The notes: generated from the sequence alone by a model not told the origin. 58,714 bases of DNA, filler included, from Sphacelaria rigidula (GCA_964200075.2; 2 parts of 2 records of this genome joined end to end with filler, not necessarily neighbours in it), one strand, 5' to 3'. Shown: positions 11,950-25,349, counted from the first letter of the whole stretch. Numbers and translations are program-made.

Positions 11950-14900
11950 ATGCGGAGATTTGACCGTATTGCAACATATGTCGCACTATATGTCTCCGTG
12001 TGGAGAAGGGGGCTTAGCAGCTTTGTTCAGTCAAATAGGAACTACAGGCACAGCAGCAACCCTTGCTCGAGTACCGAGGAGCGTGCGAGCGTCGAGGCTG
12101 CCCGTCATGAAGTATCAATCGTTGACGCGTCGAAGAACAACGTTGACCTCGCCGTGCTTGGCTCTTCTTCTGATTACGAAGAAGACGTTGTCGCACTGTC
12201 GGAAGGTGGAGAGCAGCGCATGCTGCAAGACGCCGATGACGCACCGTGTTCGCCTAATACCCAGCGGAAGTGGGTGGTACGGGATGCTGCGACTGTCGAC
12301 GAATTAGCAGCCGCAGTGGCATGCTCCGGCGGAATGTTTGATGTGACTTGGGAAGGCATGGTAGTCGTCGATCGCGCGATCAAGATCACCGGCGGGACTG
12401 CACTGAATGTAACAGGAATCGGCTCAAAGTCTGGGATGGAAGGAGCGGGAGCAAACAGATTTTTCACGGTCACGAACGCTTCTTTATACGTGAGCCGTAT
12501 GCAGTTCAGCAATGGGACGGCGGATGTTGGCGGGGCAATTTTCGCGGTGGAGGGTTCAAATATCTCTCTCTCCGAAACTAACTTCATGCACAACGTGGCT
12601 TTTGCTAGTGGCGGAGCGATGCACATCGCTAACGATTCATCTGCCCTGCTCAGCGGGAATAGTCAATTCATCCAAAATCGCGCAACTTCGTACGATGGCC
12701 TCGGCGGTGCGTTATTCATTGACGGTGCTTCCGGTGTCAATTGGAGCGGGAATGCGAACTTTTCCGAAAACGAGGCTGCGCACGGAGGGGCAGTGCTCGT
12801 ACGGAACGGATCGACGGCATCATGGGAAGCAGGAGCATCCTTCGTGGGCAACAAGGCGCAGCGTTTGTTCGGGGGAGCCGTTTTTGTATCTCGGGACTCC
12901 ATGGCCAGGTGGGAGGGGAATACACATTTCGCGGAGAATGAGGCGACCCTTGGCGGTGCCCTGTCGGTTCTAGATGCGAGGATTTCGTGGTTCGGGAGTA
13001 CAACGTTTATTCACAATAGCGCTCATAACGGAGGGGCATTGGATGTCCGGAACAAAGCTAGTGTACTGTGGGAGGGAGAAACCGTTTTCCGTGACAACGC
13101 TGCGCGATCCGGGGGCGCGATGTACGCAGTCATTAACTCGACTGTGTCTTGGGAAGCGAAGACATCGTTCTCGAACAACTCGGCTCAGAACGGCGGTGCG
13201 CTGTATCTCACTAGTCAGACCAACGTGTCGGCGCAAGCAGAAACAATATTTTCCAACAACGTCGCAAAATTCGATGGTGGCGCGGTATACTTGGACTCTG
13301 CTGCAGGTATATCCTGGTTTGAAAACACTACTTTTCTGACAAACGCGGCTTCCCACGACGGAGGAGCAGTGTATTGCTCCGAGGGGTCTAGGGTTTCGTG
13401 GGCCGGAGAGATGTCGTTCCTAGGAAATAATGTTGACTCCAGTGGGGGTGCTCTATACGTCACGGGGGGCTCTCATGTTTCGTGGAACGGGGATGACACA
13501 AAGCTAGTGGACAACGCGGCGAAATCGTACGGGGGTGCCGTGTATGTGGACAACGCTGCGGAGGAGTTTCGCGAGCTCGAGCACCCAACATCTCTGGAAA
13601 TAAATGGAACAACCTCATTCGAAGCCAACAGGTGTGAGGGCAGCGGGGGCGGGATGGCTGTACTCGGCGGATTGTCCGTGACGTTCGAAACGACACAGCT
13701 GACGTTTCGCAATAACTCTGCATCTATCTCAGGAGGCGGGATGTTCCTGTCGGGCGTTGGAATCGGCCCCCAGCTCACGGGGACAACATTTGGTGCGAAC
13801 AGGGCGCGGGTCGGAGCTGGATTATTTTCCACAGGCACGGGGACGACCGTCACCTTTGACAAGACTACCGGCGTCGCGGTACAACACCCCACCATATTCC
13901 AGAGGTGCACATTTCTCGACAATGAGGCGATGGCCGCAGGTGGGGCTATGGAAAGTGGAGCAGGGGTGGATGTCTTTATTGACACGTCATTCGTCCGTAA
14001 CACCGCCGGGATTGGGGGAGCTCTGCGACTTGGCGGGACGGCATCTCTGGACAACTGCACGTTTGTGGAAAATACTTCGGCGGAGGACGCGGGACCCGCT
14101 GTTTCTAATATTGGAGTTATCCTGGAAATGATCAACGGATCATTCGTCGATAACGTATTCGATTGCCCCTTGATGACGTATTTGGAATATGAGGTGAGTC
14201 TCTCACGATCAAAATGCTGTTGGAGCTACTGCAAGGCTCGAGGTACCACCGTCGGAAGGAGGAATGTCTCCCATAGTCCACGCTGTTCGCCTTGACACTT
14301 CGAATCACGGATGTCAACCTCCTTCTTGACCGAATGATGAAGATCGATAAGGATACGTGTTGGCAACGCTTTGTGATGCATGGGAGTACCGCGTGCTGTT
14401 TGCACCGCATCGAAGTTTCAAACACTTCTATAGTTTGGGTTAGGGTTAGGGTTTGTGCTAGTGATGGTGTTGGTCGTAGTGTTCGGATTAAGGTCAGGGG
14501 TGCGGTCCCTGCAGGGACTGGCCCGAGCGGTCATGAAAAACATCGATCCTGGGGTGTTCAAGTTCCGATGCGGTGCAAAAGCACCCGGTCTTCCCACGCA
14601 TTACAGCTTGACAACCTGCCGAAACCAATCAGACATGAGAATCCATTGCGAACAGCCCTGATATCGTCCAACCGCGTGTTGGCAACCGTTCATGGATTCA
14701 AATAACCATAATCTGACAACCCCGTAGGACTCACCTCGTAGCAGACGGACCGGGAACAGGCTGCCTGTCGACTTGCCGCTCTACTTCCGTCCTAGAATGG
14801 CGGGTGGTACATACGCCTCTCTTGTGGCGTATCCGTAGAGCACATTCTGAGTCCTGCCAGTACTGTTGCATTTGTCTTTTTCGTATCATCCGTACACTGC

Positions 14901-17900
14901 TTTTATGCGTGTGCTCCCATCTTGAACGGCTCATCATGCGTGATGACATCGTGTTACTTGTTCCGGCTCATTATCCAACGTGTGTTCAATCGCCGAACCG
15001 CATCGCGACACTTGCTCCTGCAGATGGGTCAGCTCTATGACACCGTGTGCGAAGGATGTGCCACAGAATGTCAAGATTGCAACTTCGACCAAGAGATCGA
15101 GGAAGGCGTGCTGCGTTGCACGGGCGTGATTGAACGTGTGGGCCGCGCTGGCGGGACCGTCACCCTTGAACAATTGGTTATTGATCAGGGGTATTGGCGT
15201 GCCAGCAACACCAGCGAGCTTGTGTTGCCTTGCTACAATCCTGATGCATGCGATGGCGGGGTGACGGGGGTAGCTGGTTACTGCCACGACGGTTATGAAG
15301 GGCCATGTGAGTGGGGTCCCGCTACGTGTTCACGTGGAATATATATTGCGCGACCAATATGTATATTAGGGTCGCATTGGTGATAACATATTGACCCGTC
15401 AATACACACATATATTGGGGCCGCGTGGGTGTCAATGTATTGGCTGATCAATATTGGATATTATAAGTATGGTGTACGCTTTGAGGAAGATCCAGATGCA
15501 ATGGATGCCGGAGCCCGTGCAGATTGGGAAACGCTTGAAAGGAAGCCGCAGAAGTTCGCCTGTATTGTTACGGAGACTTGCCGAATGCGTTTGATGTTTA
15601 TATATATATATATCGGCCAAAAAGTGTGATGACAAAAGAGGCGACCCGGTGTATGTATGTAAATATATATATATATATATGCCCTCTGATACCTATCTGG
15701 CCACCGGTGCGGTGCCGCCCATCCCCTTCACAGTGTGTAATATGTGTTGGCTAAACGTTACGACGCACAAAACGACGGTCGATATGCGCCTTTTGGTACC
15801 CCTCTGGTTACCGATGCTGTGTTGCTTATACCCTGGACAATACAATATGTTCCAACATATGTCAATACTTTGTATTGGAAACAGCGCAATTTTTTCATTT
15901 CAATATATATTGTGTTGAGATGTCCCCAGAGACATTGGAGCAACTGCATATGTGTCTCGTGTCATGATCGTAAAGTAATACGTTTGCTTGGGGAACAAAG
16001 CATTCAATATAGATTGTGCATGCTGGCCGTGTATATATTGAGTACCAATACATATCGAGTCCAAGCGATTCGTAACATACTGTTACCATGATATGTATTG
16101 AACACAAACCATGCAACAGTACTGTGTTCCCAATATATATATTGAACACGCTTATCGCCTAACTCTTGTGTAACCAATATATATATATATATATATATAT
16201 ATTGAACACACTCGCGGAGGAATATATTGAGCGTTTGCGGCATCTGGTAATACATCTACATCTTTCATTGGCGGTCGCGAACATAAAACTACCCACCATA
16301 CTGAACCCAATGCGCTTTCCAATCGACATGATGAATTATCAATATATATATATATATATATTGTCACGCCAACATATATTGTGACCATCGGCTCCCTCGT
16401 GTATTGTCCGCCCAATCTGTGTATTGAACACATCGACGCACGACATATTGGGGCGGCAATATACGTTGGCGCTTCGGGTGTTCAGTATATTGAATCGTCA
16501 ATATATATTGGCCTCGTGTGGTAACCGTTATGGTACTCGACAAATAGATATTGGCGCCTTACCGCATCAACATATTACTCGGCCAATATATATTGAGGTG
16601 ACGCTCGTCGTGATATATTGTTCGGTCGATATATATTGCATCTCGCGAGCCTTGACATATTGATGGCACCAGAGTTTTTTACCTATCTCTCGTTCCATCA
16701 CATTGCTCGCCCGAAATATATTCACTACCCGACGCGTCGACATATCGAGCGGGCAATATACATTACATATTATACTGTCCAAGGTGTGGAATATTTGGAA
16801 CACTTGGGCCCAAGTCGCATAATGACGAAGACCACAAGAAGGACCAATCGCCCAGGGTACTCGTGTCCTCTCCTTACACGTGGACATTTCTGTTCTAAAT
16901 ACGTCCACAATTTTTCAGCATTAACATAACACGTTTCACCGTCTTGGAGAGCGTTTGGTGTTCGAGGCCGGTGGTCACCACGAGCACAACTCTTGGCGTT
17001 GTTCTTGCCCAAAATATAGTGTTTATAGAATAACCGCCGTTATTTTTGTCTCAGCCTGCACATCGGACACAAACCAGGTACTCAGAGTTGCAACGTGGAA
17101 CAGTATCATCTTCAGTGATTTAGTTCATTCAGAAACATCACTCATGCTGGCAACTCCTATTTTGAACCAACCGGGGGCGGCGTCATCACTCATCTGTGGA
17201 TTGCCCACTGTTTGACATTCTCGGCTGAGTTAGTTTTCCCTTCCCCAAATGTCGGTAGTTGTAGCAAGAGATGGCAATTGTGTGAGACACGACCCGTCTC
17301 CAAGTCAAGCGTTTATTGCCCTTGCTCGGCACTTCACTCAAACACCGGGTATGTGCTTCGTCGAAGTACAGTTCTGTTTGTTCGAAGAGCTACAGCTGCG
17401 TTCGTTGACCCCCAGCACGCTAGACACGTCGCATGTCGGATTGTCCAAGCAAGATCTATCAATTTTGTTGTGGTAGCCACGTGAAATATCTGTGCATGCC
17501 GACCTCTAACATCACCCTACAATAGTGCTTGACCTCATCTGGCACTGCCTGACACTCTCGACATTCAACGCGGCACAACGCGGCAGTGATTCGTGGACGT
17601 GGAAAACGCCCGAGACTGGCTGCCGATTCTGGACGGAAGATAGCGAAGCTATTCCCATCATGTTCCCTGTATGATTCAGGGTATGACTCTCCTACGTCAT
17701 ACCCCCTACCTTCGCATAGCGCTACAAAAGAAAACACCTCACGAGCCCTATTGTTCCGTATGGCACAGAAAGAGACATTCGAACCGCGCATCTGGTTTGT
17801 TGATTTCCTACAGAATTCAAGAGGTAATGCGTCAGTATTATGAGAGGGGAATGAGGACTGTCTACTCGAATAAACAAAGACATGGCGCTGGGTGTGCCAA

Positions 17901-20900
17901 AGATCAGCATCGATCGCATCTTCTCGGGTGGGGGGTAACTCAGGCGACCAGTCATACAACAGTAGTCAGCGTCAGAAGTACGCAGAATTCGTGATTTCTT
18001 AATTTCTCGAAGATTTTCCAAATTTGTTTCGCTTCCCACCGCTCATCACATTGACGGATGCCAAAAAAATGGGCATCTGGAGATATTTCAATCCTTTTGA
18101 CGAATATTGGAAGAGAAAATATCTGCGTTCAATATCGAGTGACTTACGGGCTTGACCGATCCTTGGGGGTCCTGCGAAAGTGCAACCCCAGGTTCTATTT
18201 TTTTTTTGGTTTTTTCGATGGACCGGCTCGATCCCGATCATAAAAGTGAAGACTCAAAAATGACTATTTTTTTAAAATTCCACCTTTTCACTGCGCTGAA
18301 GCCGGAAAACCATGATTCTTGGACCATTTACGGTCAATAACACCTGCTGATAAACGGAGTCTTTCCTCCGTATCGCCCCCACAACACCAACTTGGGCATT
18401 GTGATTTGAGCACGATCTGTTTATTTTGCCAAAACCATGGACGCTGGTACTTTCGAGTGCTCATGGAAAATGTTATGCGAAACCCCCCCGAAAATAGGTC
18501 ATCCGCAGAGAATGTTAGACTGAGGTCTGTGCAGTATAGGAGGAAAATACGATCTCGATCGTTATTGTGAAGAATTTTATACGTATCAACTTATTTGAAT
18601 ATTCACCGTTCGTTGCGGAAGAGCCAGGAAACTGCTTTTATTGGACCAAAAACGATCAATAACACCCTCCTGATAAACGGGGTAAATAGTCTGTATTGCC
18701 CCAAAAACACCAACTTGGGCTCTGCCGTTTGAGCGCGGCCTACGCTTCCCCCCTAAATCTACCGGCGCTAGCACTTTCAAGTGGTAATGAAACATAGGGC
18801 TCGAGAAAAACTCAAAAACTACAACTACGGATTCTGAAAACTTCTGATGCTGACTACTTTACTTCGATAAGATCTCATTTGCCCTACCTCGTCCTTCTCT
18901 AACCATGTACCCGCTGGTCGATCACGCAGACTGCTCCGTGTGCAGCGACGGGTACGCTGGAAGTGTCGGCTTCAGGTGCAGCTCATGTTCCGGTGCACGA
19001 GGGGGGGTGGGGGTCGCTGCGGCTGCTGGAATTGTGATTTTGGTCGCTTTTATCGCATTTCTGTGCCACATGATATCTGATCGCCCCATGGGAGGTGGCG
19101 AAACAGGGCTTCTTTCTCGAGTAGCACGTCGTATACCGTTGCATTCACTCAAGATCATCATCGTCTCTTGGCAGATTTTGACACAGGTGTGAAGGCACAA
19201 CAGAAGTAAGTGCTCTCCGCTGTCTGCGTGAGCGCGCTCGCGCCTATCAACACGCCGTCACTGACGAACATGATACATTCGCGGAAGGAAGGGTAATGCT
19301 TGATTGAGTCGCAGGCGCCTTCTCCCTTCGGCACCCACGGCCTCTTCCTGTGTTTTCCGCGGCATGTTCACGTGATAGCTTCATTTTGTTCGAGGCTCGT
19401 CTCTTAATCCGCTGCCTGATCAGCCGTAGTATTACCGTCCCTTCATATCATGCCGTAGTACCATCGTTCTCTCATGTTATGCCGTGATCTCCCCTCCGGA
19501 TGTATTGGTTTGGAATCAGTCTCTGGCAACGGCGCATATCAGCACCAGGACGTCGCCTGAATGGATGTATCCTTTCCCGAACATGTTAATGTGTAGTAGC
19601 ATCGTCCAAACCCCCGTGATCTCTGATATGCCCCGCACGGTATGTACTCGTTAGGTAGCAAAGCATGTTGGCAAACCACTCATGTGCGAGATAAAGATGA
19701 GCTACCTTGCCGAACCCATCGCTTCGCTGGTCAACCTGGGCGAGTCCACCGATCCAGGCAGTAGGGACATTCGTCTCTGCTCATCTTGCAGACTGAGTAA
19801 TCCGAACCATTCCCGCCGTTTGTCTCGTTGCAGTTCTCGTCCGTGGCAAACGTCACTTATCCAGGTGTCTACGAGAAGTTTCTGAGCAGTGTGGACATGC
19901 TTAATTTCGACTTAAGCTGGGTTCTGTCCACGGCCTGCATATTCAACGTGAATTTCCATGACCGCCTCCTTATATCAACGCTGGGACCTCTAGTCTTCAT
20001 CGGCCTGCTGTACGCCACGTACACCCTGGCGTCGCGCAGGCGAGTCTCAACCAGTAGAGGTTATCAAACGCAGGGGGGGGGGGGGGGGGGGGGGGGTTTT
20101 TTTTTGTGTTTTGCTTTTGTTTTTCGAGACGTAGCACCGTTCCTACTCCTGATATCGACACCTCCAACATTCTGGCGCTCATTACTTTCCTTCCGTAACT
20201 CATTACGTTTCTTCCATACATTACTCAAACGCAGGGGGCAGAAGACACGACCGCGAATGAACGAATAAATTAGCTTGTGTCTATCGGACCAATTTTTCCA
20301 TCCAGTAGCGACCAAGCACTCTGTCATAAGCGGGCAGTTACTAAACCATTCTGAGGGATCATCTGTGAAAGATTTGCCCCCGCTTCGTTACCTGGAATAT
20401 TCGAATGGCTCAATATTTGGATGAAGGTCGGTTTTGAGAAAGGTGAACAATCCAAGCATGGTGCAAGGGCGCCGTGCGGTTTCACCGCAGTCTCAGCTGA
20501 AGGGGTGCTCTTTTTCGTGTCTCGCCAACGCACACTCGTCCTGTTGAGGGTGGTGCGCAACATACCAACACAACACCAACATCAATACTCGTAAACCTCT
20601 ATTGCTATTGCGGCGTATATTGCCTGCTGTCGAGGTTGTGATACCCCCCTCCCCCCCATTTTCATTACGGCTCAACACTCTCAAGGAATCAACAAATGTT
20701 TGCCTCGCCGGCTGCCTAGCAATTCATTATCGAGGGTTGAAACAGCCCTCCCGTAGCCCGTCGACGTCCACTGCCATTTTTGTCAAGGTTTGGTCTCTGC
20801 GTGTTTCACGATGGGAAGCAGTATAAAACACGCGTACTGTAGTACCGCCGGGGTTCGAAACTATTGCTCCGGCTGAACTGGCCGAGGATGTGTGGGTTTC

Positions 20901-22877
20901 ACCATCGCGCATGTACTGTTGATCACTGCCGGATTATTCTGGATAGTACCCAGATCATTGATGAAGTGGCGTTGCCACGAGACAACCTAGCATGACATGC
21001 GGTCGTGGTGAGTTGTAATCGGGCGACGGGAAGACACAAAACTGCACCCCCTTGTTGTCCCCCGGACTTTGTGAACCCAGGATGTCGCCCACGCAAAGTA
21101 ATGTTATCTAGACTTCTATCCTGGGGGCGTTTGGTGCTGACGACCCCCTTCCTTCTGTCGCTTGATGGGATCGACTACTAATTCGAGGAAGCAAACGTTG
21201 CTTTTGTAGGAGTTGGTGGACGCGCGCCCCACATGCCCGCCCCTGTCTTTTACTCGTACGTTGTGGCGACTTGAAAATGTGGCTACGTTGTAAGCTGTGC
21301 CATGTATAATCACCTTTATCGTTTAAGGATGTGAGACTGGCAATGCTCTCGAGGTGAGATCGAAATGGGCATTGTTTCAAGCTACCCAGTCAGTGCAAGA
21401 TTCCTCATGCTTGTCGATCAGAGCTTAGATTCGTCCCCGTGCGTTCCTTAATGTCCAAGTGAGCCTCAGCATGCTTCCGTTTTATGCGACTGTATCGCCA
21501 GTCTGGAGGCGGCCCCCATGTTGAACAGGGGAAAGTTAAAAACGTATAGGAACGACTCTGAGTTCGCATACAGTATCGCGGGGGGTGAAGGTTGATAAGG
21601 CCGTGAAGTTGTGCGAGAACCTCATGGAAAGCTTGTGCGAAACACTTATGAGTCTCACATAGAAGTCTTGTATTGGTGTGCTCTCAACTCTGCGTACCTT
21701 GCCCTCGATCTAAGGTTTGTAATGGACCCTCCTCTCCCTTCCTGTTTTTGTTTGAACGACCAGGTACCGTCGGTCATCCACTGCTCTCGGGACGATTCGC
21801 TCAAAGCACCTTTCTATGGTGAGGTTCGGGAATATGTGTTGGTAACTGTCGGTCGTCGGTGCTGCAGTTTCGCTTTGAGTATCACGCACGTCACTGACAG
21901 CAGTGCTTTGTAGGACGAGCTAAGCACAGCAATCCAATTGTGGGAACAGAAGCCGATTTCTCACCTTTCAACATGGAATGACCTAACTTTTTCAGGTACT
22001 GCTGCTGACCTTCCTGGTGTTTTCATCGGTATCAGCAATCTTGTTCCAGATGTTCGCTTGCGATGACCTCGAAGACGGGAAGCGCTATCTCCGTGCAGAC
22101 TATCGAATAGAGTGCAACTCCGCGAGACACAAAGCTTTTGAGATCTACGCGGCCTTCATGATTCTCGTGTATCCCGTTGGGATTCCGCTATTTTATGCCG
22201 TGCTTCTGTTCATCCATAGCGATGTGTTGCGGAACGACAGCGCCCGCGAGGAGAATATACTGGTGCGACCGACGGCCGACCTTTGGGACGCTTACAAGCC
22301 CGATCGGTTTTATTTCGAAGTAGTCGAATGCAGTCGACGGCTCCTGTTGGCAGGAATAGCCGTGTTTATATACCCAGGTACCGCCGCTCAAGTTGCGATA
22401 ACTCTCATGATCGCGGTTTTCTACCTCGCCCTCTTCGAGGCGCTCTCCCCGTATGAGTCAAAGTGGGACGTCTGGTTGGCACGAACCGGCCACGTTGTCG
22501 TGTTCACGAGCATGTTTTTAGCTCTGTTACTCAAAGTAGATGTGTCCACCGAGGATGTTGGGAGTCAGAAGGTGTTCGAGGTTATTCTCGTTACCACCCA
22601 CGCATGTATGGTTTTTTCAGTAGTGTTGGAGGCAGGAATTGCGGCGTGGTATTCTCACCCGCTGACTGAACTTGAAGAGTCGCAAGGTAATACCAGGAAG
22701 AGTGATTCTAGCCGTGTCTGGGGCGGTGGTCATTGGAGAGACGGGTGCGTGGGGTTTGCCCAAGGCGTGCGTGTTCACAGTGATGATGAGGAGGGTGAAG
22801 CGGAGGAGCGACGACAGGCCGCTGTCGCTCTTGGTGTGGGCTGTGGATTGTCAGATATAGAGCTCTTCGGAGTCTGA
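11950..22877 (+). CDS. Adhesin-like / polymorphic-membrane-protein (Pmp)-repeat multi-pass membrane protein; multi-exon, junction between exon 4 and the last exon uncertain
   Basis: Exons 11950-14193 (many FxxN-xA..GGA[ILVM] beta-helix repeats), 15024-15306 (GYWRAS..CYNPDAC.GG..YCHDGYEGP), 18930-19186 (YCSVCSDGY..TM..KIIIVSWQILTQ), 19834-~20057 (FSSVANVTYP..NFHDRLL) and 21996-22877 (VLLLTFLVFSSVS..FAC..YLRADYRIEC..YPVGIP..YFEVVECSRRLLL, several TM helices). The first three introns are GT-AG with matching phases. The start codon is inferred. Confidence 0.85.
15338..16662. repeat. Intronic region with >20 dispersed CAATAT(AT)nATTG palindromic motifs and (TA)n tracts
   Basis: CAATATATATTG at 15901, ~16498 and ~16584; longer (AT)n versions at ~16132, ~16176 and ~16340; many degenerate variants. 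Confidence 0.7.
17961..18858. mobile_element. Intronic MITE with ~30-bp TIRs and an internal ~77-bp direct repeat
   Basis: AGTAGTCAGCGTCAGAAGT..CAGAATTCGT versus ACGGATTCTG..ACTTCTGATGCTGACTACT. Internal repeat GGACCA..TCAATAACACC..CTGATAAACGG..AACACCAACTTGGGC at 18321-18397 and ~18643-18720. Confidence 0.75.
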
Positions 22878-23110
22878 GAGGCGTAGACTCCGTTGTCTAC
22901 GCTACAAGGAACTTTTCCGTCCATTACGCGGCGTAGACGTCCTGCGGGCTACTCTCTGCTAAACTAATACCTACCTGATTGTCCGGGAGTGACTGATTGT
23001 CGATCGAGCATCGTTTTTTTACGTATTAGTGCCAACGTTTTTTAAAAATCCGAACCAATACGCTTGATTTTTGTTTTTTATCCCCGGCTGTAATTACAGG
23101 GTCTACGCAA

Positions 23111-25349
23111 TGTTACCGGGAAGTTGACTCGTGCATTGTGTGCAATTTTCGTTTCCTGTGCCTCCAGCCTTGTGTTGCGTACTGGTGTAGTATCATGCAG
23201 TATTCTACAGTGTGTGGTATTGTGCTATAGCCAAATGATACCAAGTCGTAGGTTTCAGTATCATCGCATGCATTATTGGAGCAGTGGCAAGGGACAGGGG
23301 ATCCTGGATTGATGACCCTTATCTCTGTGGTCCCTTTCTGTTCAACTCTTGATATGGTCTGTAGAGCATCACTCCATGATAACAACAAGTGAGAAGAAAG
23401 GACTTGTCGAGCACGACGCCAGTGCTGCTGGAGGAGTCCCGGATTGTCCTCTTGTTCAGATCGTCTGGCAGAGGCTACAACATCTAGATATTATTCTTCC
23501 GGCACGCTGTTATACGAGTTTGGCTGAGAAAAAAGTGGGCTGCAGCTAAAAGTCAGTTTAGCCCGCAGACAGGAGGAGACCAACCTAAAGCGCACAGCAG
23601 TGGGGGACACTCCGTGAGCTGGAGGACGCACAAGTCAGGCAAGAGTCTCTCAGTGAAGTCTTGAATTATATTTGACATGGCTCAAGCGACGGCAGCGCCG
23701 TTGGTGTTGGGTGAGTCACTAGAACCGCCCAAGTATGGCGAAGTGTGGACAGAGGAGGCATCGCGCATGTTTTTCGCAGCGTATCTTGAAGACCTACAGC
23801 GTTTGAATCTCGCTTATTCTCAAGGAGTTGTGAGACATGAGACGATGAGCATTGGTCAACTTATCCCTATATACATTCATCGGTGTTTCGAATATATGTA
23901 CGAGGATCGTCGGCCTATGACCCCCAACGAGTAGCTAGATGCTGTGAAGCAGCATGCCGGGTACACCACAACTGGCGGCAAGCATGACACTGTGCGGGCT
24001 GCAGCAGACCTGCGTGCAGTTCTTATTATGCCACAAAGCAGTGGGAAATCTGTCCAGGACCGTGCGATGAAGGTCAGTTCAGCGATGGAAAGGTTTTTCT
24101 AAGAACACCTGACGGTGCAAGCCATATACCGTGCGGAGGACAGGAGTTGGTTACCAGGCCCGGTCGAGTCGGTTTCCATAGCTTTGGTGGACGGGATTTC
24201 GCCCCCTGAATTCAAGGTATATGTTAGAAATGTCCTGACGTGTGTTGACGACTGGAAAAAGAACCCGACGGTGGTGTTCGAAAGCATATTTGAAGCGGCC
24301 GACCAGTGGAAGTTCATTGAAGCACATAGCCCGCGCGATCCTGCAACAAGTGCAGGTGGGATGCACCGCAAACAGCAACAGCAACAGAAACAGCAGCCGT
24401 CTTCGCGAGCATCGTCCACTCGCGCGTGTTACAACTGCGGCGACACCGGACATAAGATCAACGACTGCCCAAAGCCTCGCGCTCAAGGCGCGGCACAGGG
24501 CAATGCGCGAGATTCATCAAGATCTCGGGGCGGTCGTCACGGTGGACGGGGCCGTGCCAACCAGGGACGCGGGCGCGGCGGGCGCGGTAGCAAGCAATCG
24601 GCGGCGGATGGTGGTCCCTCCACTGCTGTTTCTTCTACTACGTCATCAGGTGGTGACTCTGGATCTCATGGTTCGTCCGTAGCGGGGCGGACAGTGTACG
24701 TGGGAAATACAAATACTTCGATGGGGAGTGCTGGAGCGAATAGCTCGCAACCCCTCGGCCAGGCAGATCCGTGTCTTGTGCATTCCCTACTGCTGCGACG
24801 GCCATAACGGCGCTGTCTGCATATTCGGCGACTTCGTCTGTTTGGACCGACAATTCGCAGCTATCGATGTCAAGCGCTGGAGGGCAGCCCCGGCGTCAGG
24901 TGACTTTCGGGACCGAACAGGGTTCTTCGGCGGGCGTGGTACCTGTCGATCGCAAGGCTGAATGCTTACGCGCAGATTTATCCGCGTCTGGCTCTGTACG
25001 TTCGTTTATGGCCCGCGTTATGCTGGATTCTGGGTCCGCGCTCACGTCCATCGGTGCGGGGTTGCTAGAACAGATGTCTTCGCAGCTTGGCGGCGCTCAG
25101 CTTCAAATTCCGTTCGAAAACGAACCGTAAACGGCACAGATTGCCACTGGTGCTCCCGTGACGGTTACACACAAAACGGTGCCGATTACTGTTAGCGTGC
25201 GTACGCCGTGGGGGGCTGTGCAGTTGCAGCCCATTACTTCCGCTGTCATGCCCGGTAGGGACAACGTGGCTCTATTTGGGATGGCGACGATGAAGGAGCT
25301 CGGGATTGATCTATACCTGCTGGCGTTGAAGAAGTACGCCCGCGTACTG
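23111..25349 (+). mobile_element. Decayed Ty3/Gypsy-like LTR retrotransposon 5' part (candidate LTR, gag with zinc knuckle, aspartic protease)
   Basis: Gag frame 23677-24807 has two in-frame stops (23932, 24099) and a CYNCGDTGHKINDC (CX2CX4HX4C) knuckle. A frameshifted protease VMLDSGSALTSIG..LFGMATMKELGIDL has a stop at 25128. Candidate LTR TGTTA..TAACA at 23111-23384. RT/RNaseH/IN not seen. Confidence 0.8.

Noticed and set aside
12174..14135. Antisense ORFs with repeated APP motifs
   Set aside because: Mirror of the GGA repeats of the sense-strand adhesin exon.
11935..14295. Bacterial Pmp autotransporter or contamination
   Set aside because: The ORF ends at a GAG|GTGAGT donor and continues through spliceosomal introns into a helical TM region; there is no autotransporter beta-barrel.
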